A stretch of DNA of 64,000 nucleotides. Source: Octopus sinensis (lineage: Eukaryota). The stretch covers positions 26,598,001-26,662,000 of the forward strand of contig NC_043004.1 of assembly GCF_006345805.1 (NCBI RefSeq). Direction: 5' to 3'. The notes under the pieces are model-generated. The model saw only the letters and a list, made by a program, of their open reading frames with translations. It was not told where the DNA came from and ran no database searches. Positions within the stretch are counted from its first letter, which is position 1. Each line of letters begins with the position of its first letter. A program made the translations under genes and the position numbers. Shown here in pieces: positions 1 to 12,679 of the stretch.

Positions 1-130
1 ATGAAGAATCGTCCTTTGTGTTACTTGTCTTGTTTTCCATTTTTTTTTTCATATTTAACTCATTTGTTTTCCTATTTCATGTTGTTTACTGTTGGTGACG
101 TCGTGTACTTATATATGCACATATATATAT

Positions 131-480
131 ATATTGTTATATTTCGGAATGGTCATATTGCCAGTTTAGCCAATAAAAACACACGCACTATATATTTGGT
201 GTTATTTTGCTTCATTGATATTTATTTTTTACATTAATCTTAATCTTATTTCGGCCAAAGTTCTTTCGTCACACTCCTGTGACCACATCAGTGGTCCTTT
301 GTTTTCTTCTCACTTATTTGTGTCTCTCCTTACTAACCGTCAGCCATTTTGTATTTCTATTGTATGTCTTCATTTGCGCATGCTTATATCTCTAAACTGG
401 CAATATGACCATTCCGAAATATAACAATATCTGTTTCAACACACGACTTCACATAAAAAATCTTGCACAACAAATATTTA
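131..480. mobile_element. PLE pseudo-LTR remnant (family D): long inverted arm (131-390) plus a short direct 3' end with tail (393-480)
   Basis: GTTATATTTCGGAATGGTCATATTGCCAGTTTAG (~136-169) is the reverse complement of ~393-428. The sequence is homologous to 44890-45200 and 45721-45925. It is flanked by (TA)n on both sides. Confidence 0.75.
255..294 (-). ncRNA. Type I minimal hammerhead ribozyme, degenerate (family D)
   Basis: Minus strand reads CCA-CTGATGT-G-GTCACA-GGAG-TGTGAC-GAA-AG-AA-CT-T-TGG. Stem I is CCA/TGG and stem II is 6 bp. It carries an A9T change relative to the canonical core. Confidence 0.6.
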
Positions 481-540
481 AACGTATATATATATATATT
501 TATATTATTATCTAACTGAATGCCACGCATCCATTTCCAA

Positions 541-589
<49 letters not shown>

Positions 590-2049
590 TATATCATTTG
601 TCAAATAGTGGTGGTGGACAAACACAGCTATCAAGACACACATACACACACACATACTTGTATATGCAATGCTCCTGTTGATGTTTACTGTTGCAAGTGG
701 GTCATGACTTCAATGTTTTAACAAATGAAAGACAAGACTGAGGATGATGTAGAAAAATGAATGCGAAGTCACAGAATTTAATGAAGAATTATTGAACTGA
801 TTAGAGACAAATTAACAAAAAATTATAAAATAATTAAAACATTTGTCAGAAATAATATTAGCATAAAACATAATTAATAAGTTAGTCACAACACTTGTCT
901 GTTTTTCATTATGGTTAAAGTCTGAAAGCTTTTTATTAGCATTATTTTTTTATTAGTCTCAAATTTGTCATTATTTTTAAAAGCTATGTGGAGCCTTTAG
1001 AGAGGAAATTGCAGTAATCAGTTTGATAATCATTATTTGTATTCAAGTTGTTTAATATCAATCAAATTTAATTAGTTTAGTGATGAGGTTTGGGTGTATT
1101 GTTGCATCAGCAAGTTGTACTTTAACATGTAATTGACTTTCTGCCTCATGGGAGCCACAGTAGCTTGAGTTAACAGTGGTGTGGTAGACAGTTGATGTTA
1201 GTCCAAAACCATCAGCCCTTTGTTGAGTTTATGGCCAAAACAGAAAACTTAACAATTTTACAAAGGAATAAACAATTTCCATAAATAAGTATTGTGCACC
1301 ATTGTAAGTAGTGGGAGTACTGTAAAGCTGAGAATGTTTCATATCTTGCAGTATGGAGTTCAAATATTTCAGTTTTGCCAAGATGGAGTGATGGGTGTGT
1401 GAAACCATCTGGCTCTGTACAAAATACAGTGGGGGTAATGGCAGAAGTGAGGGATCTAGCTTGTTTTATATTTACTGGAGCATCGATCAGTTACATTGAT
1501 TAATCAACTGAATCCCTATATACGAAATGAATCTGTAAGCAGCTGAATGTTCCACTGAGAGTTAATGTAGTTTTTTGGATGAAACTATGAGAATAATACA
1601 GACCTTTAAAATACAGGCACAATCCCAGGAGAGAGAAAGAGAGAAAGAAAGAGAGAGAGAGAGAGAGCTTATCTTTAATACTTTATCAACCCCCCCAAAA
1701 AATGAAAAGTAATGTCAGGACATAGAGAACCAAAATGACTATTACAACCTCAAATATTTCTGCCATTTTATCATCATTTATTAATATTCAACTCCAGATC
1801 AGCCCTGGTTAAGTAGGAATTCCAATGATGACCATCCCATCGATTTTTACTACTCCTCTTTCTATTATTTCTAAAATAGTGTCATTTGAATAAAAATTGG
1901 TTGTTATTTCTTTCATATTGAGTGACCTTGTAGAAGATTCCTGTGATTGGTTTAGGTAATCAATACTTTATAAATTCCTCATTTGACAAAGATGACTTTA
2001 GAAAACATGAAATGAAAGACATGATACCTCAGAAACTAAAAATAATGCA

Positions 2050-3040
2050 GTAAATTCCCCAAATTTAGTTCCCATATGCTGAGGTCCCATGGAAGTCCTC
2101 CTGAATGGAGGTGTCCTGCATCCTTGTTAAAGCTTCCTTCATCTTTTAATTGTCTTCAAAACGACTGCCCCATGAGGTTCTACTTCAGCTTGGGGAACAA
2201 CCAAAAGTTACAAGGTGTAACGTCTGCATTGTAGAGAGGTTGATGAGCAGTTTTGATGGCCAGTTACTAGGATGGAGTTGTGGATTGGTACATTGTCCTG
2301 GTACTGAGCCCACCAACACAAATAAAAGAGCTCTGTTCTTCTGTGACAAAATCTCTTCCTGAACTCCCTCAAAGCTTTATCAAGCTACTTGTTGACTGTC
2401 TAGCCAGAAGGAATCTATTGGATGTAGATGATAGCCTTACTATTGGAAAAGGAGAGCATTATGAGTTTCCTAGTAGACATGCTTTGAATGGCCTTCTTGG
2501 GTCTGGGGGAGCCAGGATGCTTCCATTGGGCATTCTGTCACTTGATCTCTGAATCATAACAATATATACATGTTTTGATACAGGTTACCAGATGCTCAAG
2601 CCCTCTTGGACTGGAGGAAATGGGCTCTCTGCTGTCACCAATGTGTCTTACTTTCTGTTCATCACTGAGTACCCTGGGAACAAACTTTGCACAAATTTTG
2701 CATGTGTTCAGATCTTCATAAACAATTCTGTGTACAGTTGTCACACAAAATCCAAACTGTATGTTTATTGTATGCTGTATAGACACACAACAGTCTTCAT
2801 CCAGAAAATTATGAATTTTCTCAACTAGCTCTGATGTTTAGTTGTCCCTCTAACCTCCCACATCTCTCATCAACTCTCATTTCCTCTCTAGCATCCTTGA
2901 CGTTCTTGTGCCAATAAAAACATGCTCAGCTCATACAAATTGATTCATAATCAGTCTGCAGTATTTCGTAACTTTCTGTAGTATTTTTACACTGTTTCAC
3001 ACAAAACTTTATTGCATAGTGAGCCCCCAAATTGTCTTTA
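2050..3040 (-). pseudogene. Degenerate mariner (Tc1/mariner) transposase remnant
   Basis: Minus-strand fragments HYAIKFCVKQCKNTTESYEIL, TTVHRIVYEDLNTCKICAKFVPRVLSDEQK, LHQDNVPIHNS and PCNFWLFPKLK match mariner motifs (YAIKFC, KxCAKFVPR, HDNAPxH, DFWLFPKLK). There are multiple stops and frameshifts. Confidence 0.8.
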
Positions 3041-3074
3041 ATTCCATCTGCATTCTGCAAAGTAGTTAAATCTG

Positions 3075-3228
3075 ACAAGCAGTGCGAAACTGGTACTTTA
3101 TTTAACGACCCCAAAAGGATGAAAGGCAAAGTCGACCTCGGCGGAATTTGAACTCAGAATGTAACGACAGATGAAATACCGCTAAGCATTTCGCCCGGCG
3201 CTCTAATGTGTCTGCCAGTTCGCCGCCT
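3075..3228 (-). mobile_element. tRNA-derived SINE, family 1
   Basis: Minus-strand head AGGCGGCGAACTGGCAGA...CTGAGTTCAAATTCCGCCGAGGTCGACTTTGCCTTTCATCC contains a B-box-like GTTCAAAT. It recurs at 22262, 25915, 52758 and 53612. Confidence 0.75.
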
Positions 3229-6200
3229 GGAGAAAGAAATATTGACAAGTCACATGCAGTGTAACTCTAACTCATTAACTATAGTCATAGCTTGTTGTAC
3301 CTTGAAGTTTTTTTATTATTTCTATGGAGCAAATTTTGGTGTGAAAATTGGCCTATAATGAAGAAACTTCCATTATAAATAATTTCAACTTAGTACAAAT
3401 CACTGGTATAGATGTTAATTAAATAGTGTTACCACTGTTTTAGTAATTAATTACACCTATTCTTAATTGAGCCAACTAAAGGACTTGTACATGTGCCAAT
3501 GATACACTATGGGGTTGGTTGACATGCCAGAAATAATTGCCAAATCTACAAATCACACACACAATCATCTTAAAAAGAGAAGTCACATTGAATAATATAG
3601 TCATTATTCTTGAAATATGTCTGGATGTTCATGGATCAAGCAACCTGTGTTGATCAAGGATTGAATAATTCTTTCTAATTTGGGCACAGGTCGAGTTATT
3701 TTGAGAGACTGGGGCCAAAGTGATTACATTGAAAAAATAAAGTACTAGATTGGTATTTTATTTTATCAATTCCAAAAGGAGGAAAAGTAAAGTTGACCAC
3801 TGCAAGACTTTTTAATTCAAAATTTAAGAAGCCAGAAGAAATACTGCTAAGCATTTTGTTCAAGTTGCTAGCAATTCTGAGAGCTTACCACCTTTAATCT
3901 AAGATTAAATAACATCACCAGCATTGATACCTTGTTCTTTATTTATAACTAAATAGCTCAAAACCATTGACATATTTTAACATGGGTCCTATAGTACTGG
4001 GCCTGTGATAATATACAAACCTCCAACACTAGCTAGTAGCCCAATTTACTCTGCATCAATCAGATGTAATCCTATTAATTGTGAAGGACAAAAAATGGGG
4101 TGAAAGGTCATCTGAAGGTTTTAAAATTTAAAAACAAACTAAAGAGAAACAAGACTAGGTTATGTAAATAATCTAATCAGGTGACCTTACTCTTTGTCAA
4201 CTCTGTGTATATAAAAGTTTGAAATGAATATCAATTTTTTTCAAAATAACATTTTTAATGATGGAAAATTATAATGGAGGGAAATAATTATGCAAAAATT
4301 ATTGGAAGAAAATTGACTGTGATATGGATAACTAAATAAAAAATATTGAAAAAGTAAAGAAATAAGGATTAACAAAAATCCCTTTAGAGCCATAAACTAC
4401 GAAACTGGAGTGATTTATGGTGTATATGAGGTTATTGCATGCAAATGAAGAATATTTCCAATATGGCTATTGGTTATTCTGCTGCAAAAGACTCAATCAT
4501 TGAGGAATATTTTAACACTAAATTATAACATCATTGAATCACACTTTCTCACTGATATTGATGTTTAAAGGAGAAAAAAAATGTCAAAGTTCTTACTTGG
4601 ATCTGTGATGTTCATGCTTTTCCTAAAGAACCTCCACTCAAAGTTTCTTTGATCATCATCTTTATATTAATATGGTGATTTCTTGAACGTATGAGGGAAC
4701 CTCTATGAAGTCATTTGCTCTGCTGGAAACAGCATCCAAATATTTCTTACACTACATCATTTCATATTCAAAAGGATGGACATGATGATTGATGTAGTCC
4801 TAAATACATTATTCCTGAAGAGAAAATGGGTTGATCAAGGCTAGAATGCCTGTAATCATAGGTCTTCTTAATAAATGTTGAGCTGGGAGTGATCATCATA
4901 AACAACAATAAGGAAGGAAACAAATGAGAGAGCAGACTGTCTTACGAAGGTGACCAACACATGACTAATTTAGTTGTTAGATATATTACTGTACATTTTT
5001 TTCTGAACACAAGATGTGGGGGATCAATACTAGAACACATTTCATTGTAAGTCTGCTCAACCATAGTTCATCTAGGATTAAATTCATAATTATTTACCTT
5101 TACAAAATTATGTGTGAATATATTAAAAAATAGATGTAATAAGTAGAATATTTTTTTATGCATTCTCTACTCAAACATTCATCTTCTTAATTATGTCCCA
5201 TTTCCCTTTCACACCTCTGAACTAATATATAAATATTATCTTTCTGTCATCAGTCCATGTGATTAAATAAATGTATAATTGTCTTTTAAAGTAATGAATA
5301 ACAGTATAATTCATTACTTTAATTTTTATCATTTTCTAATTTAAAATATACTCTTATATTGTCATTCATTCTACTTTGTCTTTAATTCAATGGTTAGTTG
5401 CAAATTTATATTTCTCTTGTTTAATGATTACCATCTTATAGTTTTTCATTTTAAGTTGTTTTTTCTCACTCAAATTAGAGTATACTAAACAATTTTAAGA
5501 ATATTCTTCTAAACCCTATATGTTTCTTCTCCATTTCATATTTTTTCCATTACTTCAGCTTCCTTGTCTATATCTATTTAAATGAATACTATAATAAAGT
5601 CATTCCAGTTCAGTATTTCTCAGTCAAGACAAACTTAATAAATTTAATAGTATTCCTTTCATATCTAATGTATTTTCCTCGTTTCTAGTTAAACACATAC
5701 TGTTTTTTGGTCATTTATCTTGTTTTATTCCACTTAAATCACAGCAAACAAATTTAATGATATTCTTACAGCACCTAAAATTTTACCCTCCTGCTACCCA
5801 TTTGTTAATAACTTAACTTTTCATTACTTTAATGAAGCATTATAATCTGTAACTTTATTTAAACAATTCACTGTCACACACTTTCATTCTTAGTTTTAAA
5901 TAACTAGAATACACATATAAATAGTCAAATTGTTATTTAAAATACTTCTGTTTATGTATCTCTAAATTAAAGTTTTATTGTCAGACATCTTTGTAAATTG
6001 ATGTATCTTTCTCCTTCAGTCCGATCTGTTACACAGAATCAGAGACTATAGTATTACAAATTGAAATAAAAAAAAAGGTTTGGATAGACTTGTTTAAGGT
6101 GTGGGCTATGATAGCTGGGAGCTAGATATTTGTTCAAGTTGCATGTTGTTCCCCTATAAAACCAAGTTACAATGTTTAGTTTGCAATGAATAACATTTTT

Positions 6201-9169
6201 TTATATAATGATGTTACAAAAATTACTAACCAAAACTGTTAACCTGAATGCCTGAAGTGCATCTATGTACAGAGGAGGTGAGAAAGTAAGTCTTCATATT
6301 TAGTGAGGTGATCTTTCAACAAGAGGTCATGTGGCATGGCTGTCAATATATGTGGACTACTTCTACTGAACACTGATAAGCTTGCTCTCCTCTCTAAGTT
6401 GTATTTCCCACACATTTGGCACAAAACTGTATGAAATATTTTATTACTTAACCCCCACAAAAATGTTCCAGGACAGCAACTGGGCAAAAATTAAGCTAAG
6501 TTCACCTGATGAGAAATATCACAACCAAATACAGAAATTTGATGTATCATGGCTTTTGCCATTATGAAGCCATCGTGGTTTCAAATGTAAAGTACTGCTA
6601 CAAAGGTAAATGAGAATTAATCTTACTGATGTGGCCAAATTCAGCATTAGGATAGAATAAGAGATGAAGAAAATATTTAATAATGTTTCATTTACATAAA
6701 ACCTTAATAAAAAAAAATCAAGTAACATAGCTGTGATCTAGTACAGAGAGACAACAGGGTAAGACCATTAATAGCAAAGGTTAGGGAGGTGAAAGGGGAG
6801 AATAAAGTGTAGTGTCGGAAAGAAATGGGATGCTAAGCTAAGAGAAGTTAGTATAAGTATGAGTTAAGGTACTTGTGAACATGATAGGAGGAATGAAAAG
6901 ATAGAAGAAAGTGACAATCGAGAAATTAGCAATTAGCATTGGAGAAATGAAATGCTAAAAATGACAAAAGAAAGAAAATTGAAAAGATGAAAAAATGACG
7001 AAGAGCTGAGGTAGTGTGAAAGGGTGAGGTTTTAATAGATTACATGAGTTGTGAGGAGAACTTTGGAAACCCTCATTTAAAATTTCAGTAAATTTTCAGA
7101 AATTTTAAACGTTCAAAAGTTCTAAAAGTTTCTCAATATTTTTTTCTTTTCTTTTCAAAACTTCCTCCAAAAGTCTCTTTGGGATAATACAGAAATTGCC
7201 AAGATTTGGCAGTTTTAAGATAGATAGATAAATAGACAGTCAGACGGATGAAGGGGAGGACATACAGATAGATAGATGGAGAGATAGACAGGCAGGCAGA
7301 GAGATAGATGACTAGATAGATAAATAGATAGTTAGATAGATGGGTTGATAGATAGATACATGGATGGGACCTATTGGATGTATACACTTTACCCTCTCCT
7401 GTCATCTTCCCAACCTCTGCTACTAATAGCATTACCCTGTAGTCTTTCTATACTAGTTTTATCAGTGTTCTTTTGGTATAATCTAGAAGAAGGCTCTCAT
7501 CCAAAATTACGTGTGGTGGTCTGACATTGGTGTTAAGATTATGAGAAAAATGCACAGCTGTCACTCTGTCACTGTATCAGGCAAAGGTATCATTAAATCA
7601 GTGGAAATGGCTAACAGAACTATGGTCTTGGATTGCTGGGAGCTATGATGGCCGATACATACTGACTATCATAGTCCACATGAACACAAGCTGCAAAGGT
7701 TAGTGTGTGCTCATCATCATTAAAGTACATGAAAGAAGAACAATGTTTACCTAAAAGATATGACAATTTACTCCACCAATTTTGACCAATTAAAAGGCTG
7801 TTTAGCTACACTTGGTCTCGTGCATGTTTTTGTTAGTGATAAATAATAATCCATGCCTTCCTGGTTCAGAGCATGCAGAGATCAGGTAACACCTGTAAGA
7901 ATATAGGTCTTAACTGAATTTGGTAAATTTTTGGTTCTGACCCTAATGTGTGTACAGATCATCAGTTTAGGGAACCACTATTGTGTATAAATGAATAAAT
8001 TGGTCGAGAAGTGACTCATTCTGAATATTGCACAGGTTCAATTTTGCCAACTTTTCAACAAGACAAAAAGTATAAAGTTCAATAACTTTATAAAATGAGG
8101 GCTTATTTCAAGATGAGCCCTTAGTTTTACAGTGAAACGATTTCGTGTACCTGATTCTTTTGTAAAAACCAGGGATATTTTGCTATATTCGTAACAACAG
8201 GTGTGGTACTTGCAACCTTTATATGGTAGATATGCCTCTAGATGAGTTGTGCCAGTCCCTTACTAGAAGTGTGAGGCCGTCTCCAGGAATATTGCAGCAG
8301 GACAAAAACTATTGACCATCATCGTCCACAAATACCTCACAAGAACTACCAGATGTGATGCTCACACTCTTTAATTATAAATCGGTTGCTTTTTTTTTTT
8401 TGTTGCAGGTTTGAGTTTCAGCTTCTAATGGTACATTTCAAGATTTTCAAATCTGATGTGGTTGAGCAATGAAAAATCTGTTTCTGTGTTAGTTTTCATT
8501 TCAATGTAGTAGCCATTGATACCAAGTAACACCATAAAGAGATCAATTTAACAATTCCCTCATGTGCTGGAAAGTATATTATTTATAGGTTGAATTAGGG
8601 TCACTATCTGCACTAGATGTAATTCTATTTATTGTGTCTCTCCTGCCAAATTCGTAAGAGTGTTTACAAGAAGTTTCTTTATAACAACAGGAACCACAAA
8701 AATGTTTTCCATTGCAAAACTTTTGTTTCTTGTTCTCCAAGATGGGGTTGGTTGTTCAACTACTAAGCACTGACCTGTCCTCTAACCAACCTAACCTATA
8801 TTCCCAAATTCTTCATTCCACCATTTTACTACCCCTACCCCACTTTCTCTGCCACTCACTTAGGCTCTATCACTACATACCTGACACTCCTTTACTCTTT
8901 ACACTCTCATACCTTTCTCTCTCTATCACCCATCAAACCCCATTCCTTCTATTTGACACTCATTTACTCTTTACCCTATCATCTTTTCACACTCTCATAT
9001 CTTTCTCTCTCTATCACCCTCACCTCCCCATTCCTTCTATCAATTTATCTTGACTCACCCCTAACCAGTACACTTTCCCTCTCTTCATCTCTTTATTATC
9101 TCTCTCCCTGCTTTTCCTTTTTCTTTTTTCTTTTCTTTGTTCCTCTCTTACTGTTTTCGATTTGACCTT

Positions 9170-9545
9170 GCAAATACATTCCCAACTTTTAAGTCACTTT
9201 AAATAAAACCATCGATTCAGTAACACCGTGTACAAACTCTATACTTGGAATGATAATTTTAAATACTATTGGAACTCACAAGTTACTGGAATCTTATATG
9301 TATACCATTCTACCTAAATAGTGGATCTACAGATGCAATATTTCTGCATATCTCACGTCTATTTTCATTCCTCCACTTCACTCTCTATTTCATATCTTAT
9401 CTAGAATAACTATTGCTTAACCATCTTCTCACACCGTCTCTGATGAAGGGATATAACAAATATCCCGGAAACAGCTGTAAGACCTTCTATTTATAAATGT
9501 TCTTAAATCTTTCACAGCCTTGGATTTTTATCTCATTCTGAAAAT
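9170..9545 (+). mobile_element. PLE 3' tip (family H) ending at a (TA)n tract
   Basis: A degenerate EN C-terminus-like stretch (SQLLSHF...HKLLESY) precedes a canonical HHR. About 60 nt further sequence follows, then a long (TA)n tract. Confidence 0.55.
9436..9483 (+). ncRNA. Type I minimal hammerhead ribozyme
   Basis: GTCT-CTGATGA-A-GGGATAT-AACAA-ATATCCC-G-GAA-ACAGCTGT-A-AGAC. Stem I is GTCT/AGAC, stem II is 7 bp, stem III is palindromic, and the cleavage triplet is GUA. Confidence 0.88.
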
Positions 9546-9569
9546 TTGATATGTGTGTGTGTATATATA

Positions 9570-9626
<57 letters not shown>

Positions 9627-9646
9627 TATACATATATATATATACG

Positions 9647-9714
<68 letters not shown>

Positions 9715-9732
9715 ATATATATATATATACAT

Positions 9733-9776
<44 letters not shown>

Positions 9777-9800
9777 CATATATCAATGTACATATCTATA
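9546..9800. repeat. Long imperfect (TA)n microsatellite
   Basis: Read directly from the sequence. Confidence 0.95.
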
Positions 9801-9938
9801 TCAATATACATATACTTATAAGTACATACACATAAATGTATTTATCTGTGTGTACATAAGTAGGCATATATCTATATGTATATTATTGACAACAATTTAC
9901 ATCAATTCAGCACTTATTGCTTCAACCGACCAACTACT

Positions 9939-9965
9939 TCTACTACTACCACCACCACCACCACC

Positions 9966-10027
<62 letters not shown>

Positions 10028-10045
10028 GAATAACAACAACAACTA
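9939..10045. repeat. Compound (ACT)n/(ACC)n/(ACA)n trinucleotide microsatellite
   Basis: Read directly from the sequence. It explains the poly-T/poly-L/poly-P ORF calls here. Confidence 0.95.
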
Positions 10046-11612
10046 CATCAACAATTTTAAAGAATTATTTCATACAGTGTAAACAATATTTGATTGCATT
10101 CTGATTGCTCGGTTCAGAAATGATATATATATTTTTGTTAAATTCCATTACAACTTTAGATATTGTGAAGCAATCATTTTCTTGGTAGCAGGCTAGTTGT
10201 TATGAAGTGGGAACTACAAAACACATTACTGTTGAGAAAACAACACAGAAGAAATCAGTTTTCTCAAATCTATTCCACACTACAGCCTACACAAAATTTC
10301 CAGTGTTATGAGAAGTTATTGATTTCTTAGATGTAAATAAGAAATAAAGTAAAGAACAGCAACAACAAGAACAACAACAATAATAATAATGGATGACAAT
10401 TAAACTGACCAAAGATTTTGCAATAAAATTTATCACCTCTAATACATTTATACTTACATACAGACATACAGACATACGGACATATCAAATATGTATGTAA
10501 AGTAGTGTGTATGTCTGTGTATGTGTATATGTGTACACATACACACATACACAAGTATACATGTATATGAACATAAATATATTTGAACATACACACACAT
10601 ACACAAACGCACGCACATAGACATAGATACATGAATATGCAGTTCTTATACACACATGCACACACACACAATCATGTACATATATCATTTTCTCTATCTT
10701 GCTGTCTTTTTTTTTTTGTTTTTTGGAGCCACCCAAATGTTTTTGGCGTTAGAGACATCTTCAATATATATATCAGATAATGATGTATTACACAGGGTAT
10801 GTCTTAGTATGCTAATATAACAACATTCATTTTAAGTTTTTAAAATTAAATCTAAATGTTGAGCTAACTGTTAGAGGCAGGTACTCAGTTTCTGAAGAGG
10901 TTCCAAAAAAGAATCAAAAGCCTAATTACCAATCTCTCTTTTTCTGTTGATGGAGACATTGTATTAAAACTCAATTGTTTCAAATTACTAGACATGTAGC
11001 TTAACAAATTGTTACTTTATGAATCGACAAATGATACTAGATACTGGCAAATGTGTTTTATATACAAATAAGATTCTTCAATTCATCAAACTCTTTCTTG
11101 TGACTATAAGTACAATGTTGCCTTTGGCAGTTAGAATTTGGTGTTTACATCCTGATGGGATGGCAAAATTAACTGAAATCAGGTGGAACTGATCTTGCTC
11201 ACCATGTCTTCATACAGTTGTTTACATATTTTTTCTGTACCTAATCCAGTTTAATTCATAATAGAAATGTTGGCTGGAAAGTCAGATTTAATACAATGTT
11301 TAAATTAGCATGAAAAGCAAAAACAAACACTGCTTAATGCACTATAAATATATTGAGTGAAATATTTCTAATATTTGCCATGATATTCCTCTATCAGTAT
11401 GAACACACACACACAGAAAATATATTCGTCCCACCCCATATATATATGTGTGTGTGTGTATATATACGTATTATTATATACTATATATATATAATATATA
11501 TCTATATATATATATATCTATATTATATAATATATATATATAATATATATATATTTTTTAAGCAGCATAAAATTCAACAAAATCTGTTACTCTCTCTTAC
11601 TCAAAGCAAAAT

Positions 11613-11649
11613 CTGTTACTCCTTGAGTTTCCGTGGCCTCATCAGACAG
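11613..11649 (-). ncRNA. Type I minimal HHR, terminal copy of array A (variant stems II and III)
   Basis: CTGT-CTGATGA-GGCCACG-GAA-ACTC-AAG-GAGT-A-ACAG. Confidence 0.65.
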
Positions 11650-12679
11650 TTTTTGCTTAGAATGGAACATATATATTAATTCAATCTATACTCTTTTACA
11701 AAAACCTACAACACCACCTTTAAAAAGAAATGGACTTGTTTGATTGGCCCTTTAGAAAAAACGGTCAATCTTCGAGCGATAAAAAACAAAAAGGTCAAAA
11801 ATATATGTATATATATATAAAAAAACTTATAAAATTATAAAAAATTTAAAATCCGAGGAAAAAACCGAGGTAAAAACCTATTGCCGTTAATGAAGACAGT
11901 ACAAATTAATGCATAGAAATTAACCTGTTATAAATACTGCATACATATTTATATTAAAATCTACATATATATATATCAACATACACAAAAGGATGCGCGT
12001 AAAAACGCCATACATACAATACAGACGTATGAATATGAATCTAAATTATACACATAAAAGCATGTGTACATATATTCACGCAAACCGTCTCGCACGCAAG
12101 CTAAAATTCATCTATGTAGCAATTCTCATATACTGAGCAAGGAGGGGGAACGAAAAGAAGGGAAAGAGAGAAAAAGGAACGAAAGAGGGGTGGGGGGGGA
12201 AACTTGTAGCGATGTTATTGGCATCTATAGAGGCCAGTATACATACCCAAGTTTGAATTGATACATATACATACCGTCGTGTGTATGCGTGCTTAAGCAC
12301 AAGCATACTTTCACTTACACTACACAGATACGCATGCTTACAAATACATATGCTTTGCTATACACAAACTTATATAAACATTCTAAATTGACACATTGCT
12401 TTTTTTAAAAAAACATTGCTTTTAAAACAAATGGGTGCATTAATAAAAATATATACGAAAGACATATAAAATAAAATATAACATCCTATTTTGGGTCATT
12501 TATAAATAATCAAGGTAATATAAATAATCAAGGTAATCCTATGCAATACAATAACATGAAAACAAAGTTTGTAGGTTTTTCCTAATATATAGTGTAGAAA
12601 CAATAAGACTTTGCTATAGATCCGTCGTAGCGCTTAAGAGTCAAAATCAAAATCAAAAATCAAAATACAAAATATATAC

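Noticed and set aside
4380-8340. Possible old DNA-transposon remnants around 4.4-4.8, 6.1-6.6 and 7.8-8.3 kb
   Set aside because: I could not read a convincing motif or terminal repeat.
9487-10104. ORFs with poly-IY, poly-T or poly-L, and similar calls at 21854-22315, 23094-23525 and 45865-46053
   Set aside because: These are translations of microsatellites.
10729-10796. Possible plus-strand exon (TQMFLALETSSIYISDNDVLHR, donor GTATGT); similar candidates at 31223-31305 (+), 41291-41367 (+) and 30187-30330 (-)
   Set aside because: Splice-like signals and short open frames are present, but the strands conflict and no homology is recognisable. RNA-seq or BLASTX is needed.
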